Positions 1 to 11,149 of a stretch of DNA of 64,000 bases are shown piece by piece; position 1 is the stretch's first letter; each line of letters begins with the position of its first letter. This DNA comes from Octopus bimaculoides (Eukaryota). The notes under the pieces were generated by a model that saw only the letters and a list, made by a program, of their open reading frames with translations, was not told the origin of the DNA and did not search any database. The DNA is taken from the NCBI RefSeq assembly GCF_001194135.2, contig NC_068982.1, positions 175,359,934 to 175,423,933 of the forward strand, written 5' to 3'. The position numbers and the translations under genes are program-made.

Positions 1-320
1 TACTAGGCTTACAAAGAATGTCCTGGGGTCGATTTGCTCAACTAAAGGCGGTGCTCCAGTATGGCCACAGTTAAATGACTGAAACAAGTAAAAGAGTATA
101 TGTATGTATTTGTTTGTTTATGTTTGCCCCTCCCCCACCATCACTTGACAATCGATGTTGGTGTGTTCATGTCCCCATAACTTAGCGGTTCGGCAAAAGA
201 GACTGATAGAATAAGTACTAGGCTTACAAAGAATGAGTCCTGGGATCGATTTGTTCGACCTAAAGGTGGTGCTCCAGCATGGCCGCAGTCAGATTACTGA
301 AACCAGTAAAAGAATAAAAG
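1..320 (+). mobile_element. Two tandem 3' portions of a tRNA/CORE-type SINE (here family B)
   Basis: The tail tactaggcttacaaagaat..gtcctggggtcgattt..ctaaaggcggtgctccagcatggcc.cagt..aatgactgaaac occurs twice (1-95 and ~215-320). It matches the full copy at 24026-24396. Confidence 0.85.
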
Positions 321-384
321 AATATATGAAATTTATATGTATATTAATAATATTTTATAAGCTTAAAGCTCATAAGTGATCACT

Positions 385-592
385 TGTATTGACTAAAGAA
401 AATAGTCTAATATTGGGGCGTATAAGTCCTTGAAGGAAAAAGCTGGTTTTCTGTATGTGTGGGTACATTGGTGTAATGGTAGTACACCTGTCATGGAAAC
501 ATACTGTGGTTTTGAGTCCCACACATGGAAAACCTGTTTTCCACTGAGGGCTTATATGCTTCAATATTAGACTATTTTCTTTAGTCAATACA
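385..592 (+). repeat. Long inverted repeat / fold-back hairpin
   Basis: 385-415 is the perfect 31-bp reverse complement of 562-592. Pairing continues inward to 463/518 with G.U pairs and small internal loops. Confidence 0.9.
462..523 (+). pseudogene. Degenerate tRNA-like sequence (SINE-head-like) in the hairpin loop
   Basis: A-box-like TGGTGTAATGGTAG (469-482) and T-arm-like GTGGTTTTGAGTCCCAC (506-522). The acceptor and anticodon stems do not form properly. Confidence 0.45.
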
Positions 593-2871
593 TGATGAAT
601 GCTTAAAAGCTTTAAGCTCATAAAATATTAGCATTACCAAATCATCAGAGAAAATGCATATGCTTGTTTATACATATGTGTGTGTGTGTATAAATTTCAT
701 GCATGTACATGTATTCATTGATATATGATTAATAGTCAACTCCACCAACACTTATATAATTTTTATATTTATTTTATTGATTGCAGAAGAATTAAATGCA
801 AAATTGACTCTTTTGTATGGTTTGAACTCTTGAACAGTGTGTTCATATACTAGAACATTTCGTTCAACATTTTAAATTTCATTGTCTCTTTTTACAGTCC
901 TTAATTGCCTGCAAGAAATAACCATTTGAACTGTAAATCATATCAAAAATTCTTTTTTTCTTTTCTTTTCGTCAATCCTCTCATCGCACACAGCATTTTG
1001 ATTTAACATCAACCATATATATGTATGTGTGTACATGTGTATGTGTGTGTCCATATATTCTATTGAAGAAAAATGTTTTATCATTCATTAAATCTTTCAA
1101 GTCCATTATAACAGATGGCTCTGTTTGATGCTGTCCATGTCTTAAAAACACAGATGATAATGACTTCATTATTTTACAGGCCACATCTACAGGTACCAAA
1201 AAAAATAATTGGCAACTAAATGTGAATATCATGTACTAAAACATTCTGTTTCTTATACCAAAGTGGCTTAAGCACATCTTGACTTTTTTCAGTTGATTTT
1301 GGTTGTGACAGATTTTCATACTTTGATATTCAAACAAGTCAAGTGTAGTTACCACAAGGATAATAATACTTTTACCAAATAACCATAACAAACCTGCAGG
1401 TATGTTACTTTTTGTGATAGGAAAAAAACTTTCTCTAAATCATATAAGCAGTAACATTTTTATTTCTTAGCTTCATCATTTACTCATGTTGACTTGGATA
1501 CATAAATATTATTATTGTGAAAGTTACATAGTTTAATCTGTTACCAGTTGTGTTTTAGGTATTGGAATGGTTAATGAAAATCTAGCCGTTTTCTCCTGTA
1601 CTGAATATCTTTTGTTCTGCTCTGATGCAGCATAGAGTCTAGCCATTACTGATGCTTTAATGTAAGTTGGTTTCACATAAAAATATCTGTACAAATATGC
1701 AAGCACACAGAAATACATACAAAGATAGGTACACACAAATACAATATTTCAAATTAAATGTAAGTTTTAGCAAAGTTTTGTTGACAGAATAAAAATTAAA
1801 GAATGGTTTAAGCTTTTCAGACTTTTAATCACAGACTGCTTTTGTGTTTCTATTTTCTACCTCGTGTTTTAATTGATATATTCTCTGATTTTTCTTTTGT
1901 TGCCCCTATTTCTATAGATATACATATTCTTTAACTAAGTTTGAACTCAGAGATTTTATTTCAACATTGGTATTCCAACATTCATAGCAACTTTGCTACA
2001 GTAGTAAACTGCATTAAAATTAAGTTCTGAGCTGAAACTCAGAGAAAGGATATGTATTTATGTAAAATATTGTGTATATAGAAATATAATTTCAAGTAAT
2101 TTCATTATACACCAATCTAAACGTACTGTAAAAATGGAAACAAAATAGCTGCAGTTAAGTCTGAAAAACCCAAACTACTTGAGAAATATAATTCAACTGA
2201 AAAGACATTGCAGAAAGTGGAACCTGTAGAGAAATCATGAACATGCTAGAATCTGGTCAGAGAATACCAAACTGTAATATTTTGTAGTTTGTTATAAATA
2301 ATACATATGTTCACAAAGAAATGAGAAGTGTCATGTGATTTAAAATTATTACTTCTTCAACTTAACCCATTCACAACAGCAGTAACAGCCAACACATAAA
2401 CAAAATTAAAAATTTAGCTTCATGTTTTTTTCATTTTTGTTTCTCTCTTTTTTTTTTTTTTGATCTCCCATCTCTAGTTTGAAAGTATTTTTCTTTTTTC
2501 TCTCTTTTTTATTTTTTTTCTCAATCTTTCCTGAAATGTAGTCGATTGTCTTGTTTTGTTAAAAGTTTGTTTTAAAAATACATAGGAAAATACATCTGAT
2601 CAAAATCAAAGATCATGTTGAGAGAGAATGCGAGAATGTGGAGCCAAGCATGATTTATTGGCGCAAGTATGTTTAGTTTTAGGGAACGAATAGATCCCTT
2701 CTTAACAACAGTGTCTGAAAAAGGAGGTACAATTATAACCTATATTTTTGAATATTTTTATTGATCGAGGTAGACTGAGGCATATGGAATAAAATGTTGG
2801 TTACAAAAGTCCCTTGCATGTGTGTGTACATACACACATATATATATACATTCATACACACACACACACAC

Positions 2872-2904
<33 letters not shown>

Positions 2905-4877
2905 TATGTCTTAGAAACACAATTCAATAACTAAATCAAGTTTTGAACTGGAGACCTATGTGATAGTAAGTAATCCAGCAGCCTCAACCAACCACATAAG
3001 GACCGCACCTCTGCAAGACATAGAACTGAGTGATTTTTGTGGAAGACACTGACTATGGAGTGAGATCTACTTACTCACACATGTTTGTTGGTTGATTGAC
3101 ATGCAAGTCGCTGCCACACACAAATGCGTAATTACAAGCAAGTACACATGCAATAAATGAAAGCATGCCACAACTGTTTGTTTTGAGTTATATTAATAGC
3201 TTCGCAAAGAAGCTGGTACTTCCTAAATTTTCATAAAAGCCAGGACAAAAGCAGACATAGTGATCTCAAATGTTTTATTTTTTATTTTTTCTTGAATAAA
3301 GTAATCTGCAAAGCCTGCATTTATCATATTCCTTTTTTAGTGTTCAGCCTTTTCTTGAGTCAGGAAAGCTTTGATAAAGTTACGCTTTTTGAATTTTTTT
3401 TTTTTCTCCTTTCTATATTTTGAATTTACCCAGCTTAAAGGCATTCTTTCTTTTATTCTTCTTATTAAAAGAAGTAATTCCTTTAAGTTGAATAACTCTC
3501 ATTTCAAATTATGCCAGTATTAGTCCAATGGAAATACATCTATATTTCCACTAGTGAAGTCACCACCACTGACCACATGACCACATAAACTGACCAATAA
3601 CATTTGAACTGGAGAACGTGTGACATGTAATATATGAATTAAATTGTTGCATGATCGACATGTCAGATGTGAAATTCTGTAGATGAAGGAAACTTAAAAC
3701 GAATAATTGTGTATTTATGTATATGTGCGTATTTTGCATGTATACTATCTCATAGAGAAACAGAAAAGAAAGACCAGACGGTGGAAGGGCAACTTAAAAT
3801 ATTTTCAGAACAAGTCACAATGGTGCAGTCATACAATATTGATATATACAAACATACACTCTCATACAAATCCCCTGAAAATAAATGCAATATAAATCCT
3901 GTTATAATGTATCATTGCAAGGTATTTGGGAGACAGTAGTGAGAAAGAGAGCATCATTAGAATTTTTTTTCTTTTTACCTCTGATCTTATATTGCTGCTC
4001 ATTGATGTATTCTATACTGACATGTAAATTTCTCTTTTAATTCTAGAAATTTATTCAGTAAAAGAGAAATATATTTATAACAAATAAAAAAAAAATAAAA
4101 CAGGTTCTATGATTGGGTTTTTAGGCAACAGTAACTGTACAGTTACATTTGTGCTGAACTTTTAGAACATTAATTTATAACCTGAATATGTCGAATTCTT
4201 GTCTCTTATGGGGTGGGGTGGGGCGGGTCAGTCTATCTGGTTGCTAGTCTCTTATATCTATCTATGAGTAAAAGATACAAATGAAGTTGAACTGATGAAG
4301 GATGGAAAAGATTACCATCTGGTAGTGGTGGTGATGGTACTTAACAATTTCTGCCTCACCATTTCACTGCACAAGCTATTTAGAAACATTGATGAAAACT
4401 TAATGGTAGTTCTGTTTGGTAAGTGGATTTAGTTGATACTGAGGTAACATTTGAAGTATGCCAAGAATCTTTTAAAATAACTGTGTGGGCAAGAGTGGCA
4501 CTAGTGCATTCTTTAAAGAGAAATATTTTAATGATAACGACAATAATAATGATTTCTAACTTTGTCACAAGGAAATATGATTTGAGGGAGGGGTATAATC
4601 AATTAAATCAATACCATTGCTTATTTAGTACTTACAACATTGATTGTGGATAGATGAAAGGGGGGAAAAAAGGACTTGATACTGAACACGAAATTATTTT
4701 GTCTGTCATTCTACCAATCCTGTTTCATACCATCCAAGATGATGATAATGATTGCTTCTGTTTTAGACCACAAAGTCAACAATTCTAAGAAGAGATGGGG
4801 GTACATGACTGCTACTTATTTTATCAACATTGGAACGATGAGAGGCTGAGTTGAACATCATAGTATTTGGACTCAAT

Positions 4878-5098
4878 AATTCTTTCAAATTCTGGCACAA
4901 GGCCAGCAGTTTTGCGGAAGCAGGATAAGATAATTATATTGACTCCAGTGTTTCATTGGTGTTTATTCTATCAACCCTGAAAGGATAGAAAATAAAGTCA
5001 ACCTTGGCAGAATTCAAACTCAGAACATAATGAGTTGGAAGAAATACCACAAAGAATTTTGTCCAATGCTTCATCATTTCTACCAGCTCAACACCTTA
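4878..5098 (-). mobile_element. tRNA-derived SINE, family A (Meta/Deu-domain-like body), diverged
   Basis: Contains caaccctgaaaggatagaaaataaagtcaaccttggcagaattcaaactcagaac, shared with many copies in the window. Confidence 0.8.
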
Positions 5099-5409
5099 TC
5101 AACAAAAACAACAACAACAACAAACAATAATAGTTATTTTTTTACTCTTTGTATGAACAATATATATACTGGAAAATGAATAAGTTTCTTAGCAGGAAAT
5201 CTAAATATTTAAACAGAAAGTACTTCCCTAAAAATAGTAAGCCATATCAACCAATGTAAATGTAGACTTTTAAAAAAACTTGTATTTAGAATTGTTTCTG
5301 CTTGTTTTTAAGAAATTAACTTAATTGGTATTATATTTCATTATGTGAGGGGTCTAATCAAAAAACATCAATTTAAGAATTATTCCTTAAGAGTAACATC
5401 GTGGTCTTT

Positions 5410-5770
5410 GTAAAAAAAAAAATGACAGTGTATTGCAAGATATTCTTGTGATTCTGTATCATCAACCATAGTATCAGGTCTTCTGTTCCAAGAATGTTAA
5501 TGTTTTTTAAATTGCTTCAGCTGCTAACCAAGAGGGACTCTGTCTTCTTGCCACAAATTCAACATTTTACAGTTTCCCAAACAATTAATCAAATTCCTAA
5601 CATAAGATAAATTCATGTTTTATTAAGTGGGGAGAGATTTTACTTTCTGGCAGGACCCTTGTTCTCTTTCTTAAGCAAGTTTGTATTAAATGCATGTTCC
5701 TGGGTAGCCATCAGAAGATTATTTCTTCCTTCACATCTTTCAATAATCAGTTCTAGGATTCACTTGCCTT
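5410..5770 (-). mobile_element. Highly decayed RLE-type non-LTR retrotransposon fragment
   Basis: Minus-strand peptides LLMATQEHAFNTN, KC*ICGKKTE and NRRPDTMV resemble the pre-knuckle, CCHC and PD-(D/E)xK motifs of RLE LINEs. Confidence 0.5.
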
Positions 5771-5776
5771 TACATT

Positions 5777-5807
<31 letters not shown>

Positions 5808-6059
5808 AAATATTTTTTTATTTGTATTTGGCTTCCATTTTAATTGTGCTTTATAGAGAATTTTATCATTTATGTTATTCTTGTCTCAGCACTAGATGCT
5901 ACTTAAAGGAACAATAATCTGCTTATGTTATGAAGACTCTTTTTATTACACATTAGCAAACGTTTGTTAATCCTCTTTCTCTAGTTTTCTAGTCATATCA
6001 TGGATGTTACAGAGACACACAGGTAAAATTTTCCATTGATCATGTTAATGAAGTTATGG

Positions 6060-6215
6060 CTTGAGTTTTGGCTAAAAGAATTTCCTCAACTCTTGAGATT
6101 TTGCAAAGGATTCTTGCAGAATAAAGGACGGCAGTTATTGGCAATTCCATTTTCCAGATTTGAATTCCAACTTCTTTCAATTTCTTAATTAAATATTTTG
6201 ATAACAGATGACATT
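6060..6215 (-). mobile_element. Decayed RLE LINE C-terminal fragment
   Basis: LIKKLKEVGIQIWKMELPITAVLYSARILCKISRVE resembles the RLE C-terminal 'LxELGI...QKTALLxSARILRKVL' motif. Confidence 0.45.
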
Positions 6216-6748
6216 TATTTACATGTCACAGATTTTTCTCAAATTTCTGGCCAAATTGTTGTTGTTGTTGTCATCATTGTTATTAAAATCATCTATCAAT
6301 GATTTCTCATTAATTCTGGATAACTGCTGGCCTGCATTGTTAGAGAAAAATTATCCTTGAGTTCCACACTCATATTCTGCTTCGTCATAGATTTTTGTAG
6401 TATAAAGGTTGTGCCACTGTCAAGTACATCAAACCTGTGCATAATATGTAATGGAAGTCTCTTGAAAAATTCCATATCATCTCTTTAGTGACAGTTTATT
6501 TTATTATCATTATTCATGTAATTACAATGTTATCTGTAGCAGTATCAATTTCACTTTAGACCTACAATTGCATGAGTTTTACCAACCCTCCAACTTTGGA
6601 AAATACTTCAGTAAATTGTTGGGGCAGCTGTTTCCAGTTTGATGGTTTGTCAATGTTTTATATATATATATATATATTTCATGGTCGCATAACATAGGAA
6701 AACATTTAATTGTTGAATGCCCGGTGGATGACTGAGACAAGTAAGAAA

Positions 6749-6789
<41 letters not shown>

Positions 6790-6791
<2 letters not shown>

Positions 6792-7450
6792 GCAAAAATG
6801 GGACAAGAACACAAAACATCCAGACAGTTAGGTGATACAAAAAAGGAACAAAACATCCAGACAAATGATACAAAGAAAACAAGGACAGGTCATTCGGAAT
6901 TTTCTATCCTCAGTCAAGCTTCAGATTATCTTTCCAATTTCGGCTGGTTATGCTTGAGATTGCTCCAATCTGGCCAGTCCCAAGAAAAACCAAAGTTAAG
7001 CGCATTAGATTCCTTGGAAGAAAGCAACGAATGTATATGGAAAAAGACGGAGAAATGTTACACAAATGCAAATAACAGGACATAAAAACAAGTTTCTTTC
7101 GACTAAGGACGAATTAAATTAAGCTAGCGTGTGTGGAAGTAAAGTCTTACGTCAAGGACATAAGATTTGACAGGCACAGGGATTGTAGTAGAACCAAAGA
7201 AGAAAGTCAGGCTTGGCCGAACACCGGTCACGTGGGAACAGAAGAGAGGTAGAGGCAGAGGGATAGAAGAATTAAGGAGCGACGAGAAAAAAATGAAAGG
7301 GTCACAGTAAAGTGAAACAGGAGAGAAAGTGAGCAGTGAGCAAGGAGAAAAGGCTAGGAAATGTGAGAGAGAGGGAACGAAAGAACAAAAAGTGGAATGA
7401 AAGAAGTGTGAAAGGGCTGATAGAAAGAAGGAAAGAATAATAGTCGTACA
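6790..7450. mobile_element. CpG-richer interspersed repeat inserted at (TA)n, possibly a PLE terminal region
   Basis: Abrupt compositional change after a (TA)n run, many CpGs and a purine-rich tail. Family assignment is inference. Confidence 0.35.
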
Positions 7451-7640
7451 AAATTTATATATATATATTTATATTTATTTATTTATTTATTGGTTTCAGC
7501 CAAGTGGCTGTGGTCATGCTGGAGTACCACAGTGATTTTCCGTCTTTATGCCGTGCTCTCTTCACGTTCCTTGCAAGGCTCTTCTCCTCAACCTGATATA
7601 GTCCAATCAAGAGTTTTGATGGCATATCTGGTGTATAAGA

Positions 7641-7740
7641 NNNNNNNNNNNNNNNNNNNNNNNNNNNNNNNNNNNNNNNNNNNNNNNNNNNNNNNNNNNN
7701 NNNNNNNNNNNNNNNNNNNNNNNNNNNNNNNNNNNNNNNN
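7641..7740. other. Assembly gap (100 N)
   Basis: N run. Confidence 1.
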
Positions 7741-7920
7741 TGAATGAGAAAGGAAGGGGTGATGTCATACTTGGTAGTGGAATGATGAAATTTGTACGCT
7801 GAAAAAATAAATCAAACAGCGTTTCAACTCTGTGTAAATATATATTTGTGTATGTGAATATATATTTATGTAAAAGGGAGGGTATGTGAATGTTTGTGTG
7901 TGTGTGTGTTTGTCTTAAGG

Positions 7921-8420
7921 TTTTGCTCTTATCATCATTATAGCTGATGAGAGTGACTGATTGTATAACCGAGGTCATGCTTGATAGAGCCATCACAAAT
8001 AATGATGGCATAAAGATGATTCCTATGGCTGCAATGATCTAACTTCTGCCTCTTCAAAAGTCATGCACCTAATTTCTCAAGTTCATATAATTTGTAACAC
8101 ACAACTCTTCTGTGGTCAAACTTTACTGAAGGCCTTTGCAAAGTTGAGATGTATAATGCCCATAGTTCAATGATTGAACAGCTGTTTCAGTACCTGTCAT
8201 AATGCTGCAGGAGCTGTGTGAGGTAGCGTCTTCTCAAGGAAAAGGCAGGCAGATCATTCGTCAGCAAGTGATTTTCTTCACAGAATGTAATCAATATTTG
8301 TCTGACAATATGTTGCAAGATTTTGCTGATTTTGCAAGTCAGAGAGATAGACAAGTAATTTTTATGTCTGCTCTGATTGAACATTTACGAATAGGACGTT
8401 TTATGCCTTTCATTTATATC
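7921..8420 (-). mobile_element. CR1/Jockey-group LINE reverse transcriptase fragment, decayed
   Basis: KNYLSISLTCKISKILQHIVRQ..HLL...RRRYLTQLLQHYD, then ..FAKAF.. and LISYNDDKSK (YADD-like), in RT motif order, with stops and frameshifts. Confidence 0.8.
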
Positions 8421-8887
8421 CAGTACTGGGGTAAATTTCTTTGACTAAAACCTCTTCAAGGTGGTGCTCCAGCATAGCTGCAGTCCAATGATTGAAACAA
8501 GTAAGAAAAAGTAAGTGTGTGTGTATAATATATATTCATGTATATGCTACTTTCAGGCCATAGTCTAAAGAGATTCTGAGGCCAAAGTTTCTAAAAAAAA
8601 AATCTTATGACCATAGTATTACTGAATTCTGGTTACTTAGAGTTCATGTTGTAGTGCAACTTGCTTTTCCCTGAATTAAACAAACATTCCATTAATACAT
8701 ATGATTTCAGCAAGACAGAGTGACCACCTGTACAGTAATAGCTTCCTTGAATGATATAAAAGAAGTGTTTACTGGCCATATCATTTCTTAACACTGTGAC
8801 CTGCCATAGCCTGCTTGATCTAATGACCTTTTGGTTTGTGATTATTTCCTTTTAAACTTTCTCCTTGAGAAAGTGTTCATCAATAAA

Positions 8888-8923
<36 letters not shown>

Positions 8924-9289
8924 AGAATATGAACTGAAAGCTGCTATTCTTGAGGGAATTATGGCAATATCTCGACATTTTGTGATATGCTGTGCATATC
9001 TTCCAGACAAAGTTATGTGTATGCATATGAAACAATTGAAAACATTTGGAGGATATTATTTTCAAGACTTGTGTTACTTTCAAGACTTGTGTTATCCACA
9101 TCTCAACAGTAAAGATCTCTACCATACTACTTTTGCTACAATTGTATAAATTTAAAAATCATCATATTTCCCTGCCAGACATATATTACACTCTATACAC
9201 TCACATATATGTGTGTGTATACACACATGCATGTGCATACACACATACATGCATACACACAATCATATATACACACATGCACATACATA

Positions 9290-9328
<39 letters not shown>

Positions 9329-9338
9329 CAGTCGCCAT

Positions 9339-9533
9339 GATAGATCACTGACCACAACATTCAAATTCTTTTCTCCGTGTTTTTCTCCTTGTTTTCTCTT
9401 TATTATTTCTGTTGAAGAGCGTAGCTTGAAACATTAAAGACTTTCTCTATTCCCAAGCGTTAAACTAATACATCCTTTTGTTGTTTACACCACCTCTCCT
9501 CGTCTGTTGTTGTTTTTTTTCGTAAATTCTCCC
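9339..9533 (+). mobile_element. Penelope-like element pseudo-LTR with decayed hammerhead motif
   Basis: Reverse-orientation homolog of 34485-34676. Contains CTGTTGAAGAGCGTAGCTTGAAACATT and is flanked by (TA)n/(CA)n. Confidence 0.65.
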
Positions 9534-9556
9534 ATATATATATATATACAGTTCAC

Positions 9557-9706
9557 TCTGCTGGTGGTTAGTGTCAGGAAGAACATCCAGCCATAAAACC
9601 CTTGCCAAAACAGACACAGAAGCCTGGTGCAGTCTACTGCCTGGCCAGCTCCTGTCAAATTGTCCAACCCATACCAGCATGGAAGGCAGATTTTAAACAA
9701 TGATGA
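9557..9706 (+). mobile_element. RTE-tail SINE (family C) 3' end
   Basis: gtcaggaagaacatccagccataaaa...ccaacccataccagcatggaaggcagattttaaacaatgatgat, ending in a (GAT)n tail. Confidence 0.75.
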
Positions 9707-9802
9707 TATGTATATACATACACATACAATCATACATACATATATATGTATACACATGTGTGTGTATATGCATATATGATTGTATATTATATATATTATA
9801 TA

Positions 9803-9804
<2 letters not shown>

Positions 9805-9867
<63 letters not shown>
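9805..9867. repeat. (TA)n microsatellite (one of many TA/CA/CT/AAT/CAT runs)
   Basis: Direct reading. Confidence 0.95.
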
Positions 9868-9870
<3 letters not shown>

Positions 9871-10984
9871 ATATACACATAGATACAATCATATATACAC
9901 AATCTATATACATGTATATTCATACACTATGCGTATATAAATACACATGTCTTTAATATAAATTTGATTTCTTTTTTGTTTCTAGGAAGCAACTGTAGTA
10001 TTTAGCCACCACATTTCCTACAATGTCAGTGCATACTGAGTCACCAACATAAATGTTAAACAATAAATGTCTCTTATGGCACATATTTGAGGCACCTTCT
10101 TCAATGATGAAGTGTCTCTCCTTTTCATAAATGATCAGCTACATTATAATGCCATTAATACATTATATCTCTCAAACTCACTGATGTTGAAACAGGATAT
10201 ATGTCCCAGATCTTGCAATTTAAGTTTATGCATTTTGTTTTTCTCATTTTCTTGAACAAGGATTATTCTTCAGTGTATTTGGGTTGATACATGCTTGGAT
10301 AGTTGTTGAGTGAGAATTAACTCTATCCATGTAGGTATACATGCATACACCCGTTGCATACCTGCACACATACACAAACACATACACAAACACACACATG
10401 CAAACATGTACGTACACATGTACATATGTACATACATACAGTTACTGAAGCATTGTTGCCTTCCCTGCATTGAGGAAAAAGAACTTGTAGATTCAGTATT
10501 GACAATAATATATAATAATGCTATTGCATATAAATAAAGACCTTCAAGGTTTATAATATCGGTTCACTGGTGAAGTTTGATATGAGGCACCAAGATGTAT
10601 TAGGTTGCTGTAACATGATGCATCATGGTGTTTATGAGATAAAACTGCATCAACAATCAAAACAAAGTAATAGAAGTAAAAGAAAACAGAGAAACATACA
10701 AAAAGGGTTACCTGAGAATATTGAAAGATGTGGAAACGGAAAAATCCAGATACATAGCAAATTTTCAGTGAATGGCACTGCAAATGATTCAAGGATTAAG
10801 GAACCATCCTTTAGAAATGTTCTTATGGTTTAATACACACTTTTGTTATATCTGCAGAGAATATGTTATATTGTGTGTGTATGTATACAATTTGTATGCA
10901 TGCATATATATATAAAAAAATGTATATTAATATGTGCATATATGTGTGTGAATATATGTATGCATATATATATATATATGTGCA

Positions 10985-11025
<41 letters not shown>

Positions 11026-11149
11026 GGAAGTGTGCGTGTATATATTTGTGTGTATGAGTATGTCTCTAGATAAATCTATTGCAAATTAGTTACAATATGC
11101 CTGATGTCTAGGCCAAAGCAGACAGTGTTGAAACATGGTGGTGAAATGC

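Noticed and set aside
1290-1405. Plus-strand acceptor/donor pair ending ctgcag|gtatgt
   Set aside because: All three frames contain stops; cannot be supported as CDS.
6878-6916. Minus-strand CTGAGGA...CGAATGAC..GTC hammerhead-like string
   Set aside because: No stem I pairing, poor stem II, and GAAU instead of GAAA.
8865-11073. Many ORFs rich in YI, HT or CV repeats throughout the window
   Set aside because: Translations of (TA)n, (CA)n and (TG)n microsatellites.
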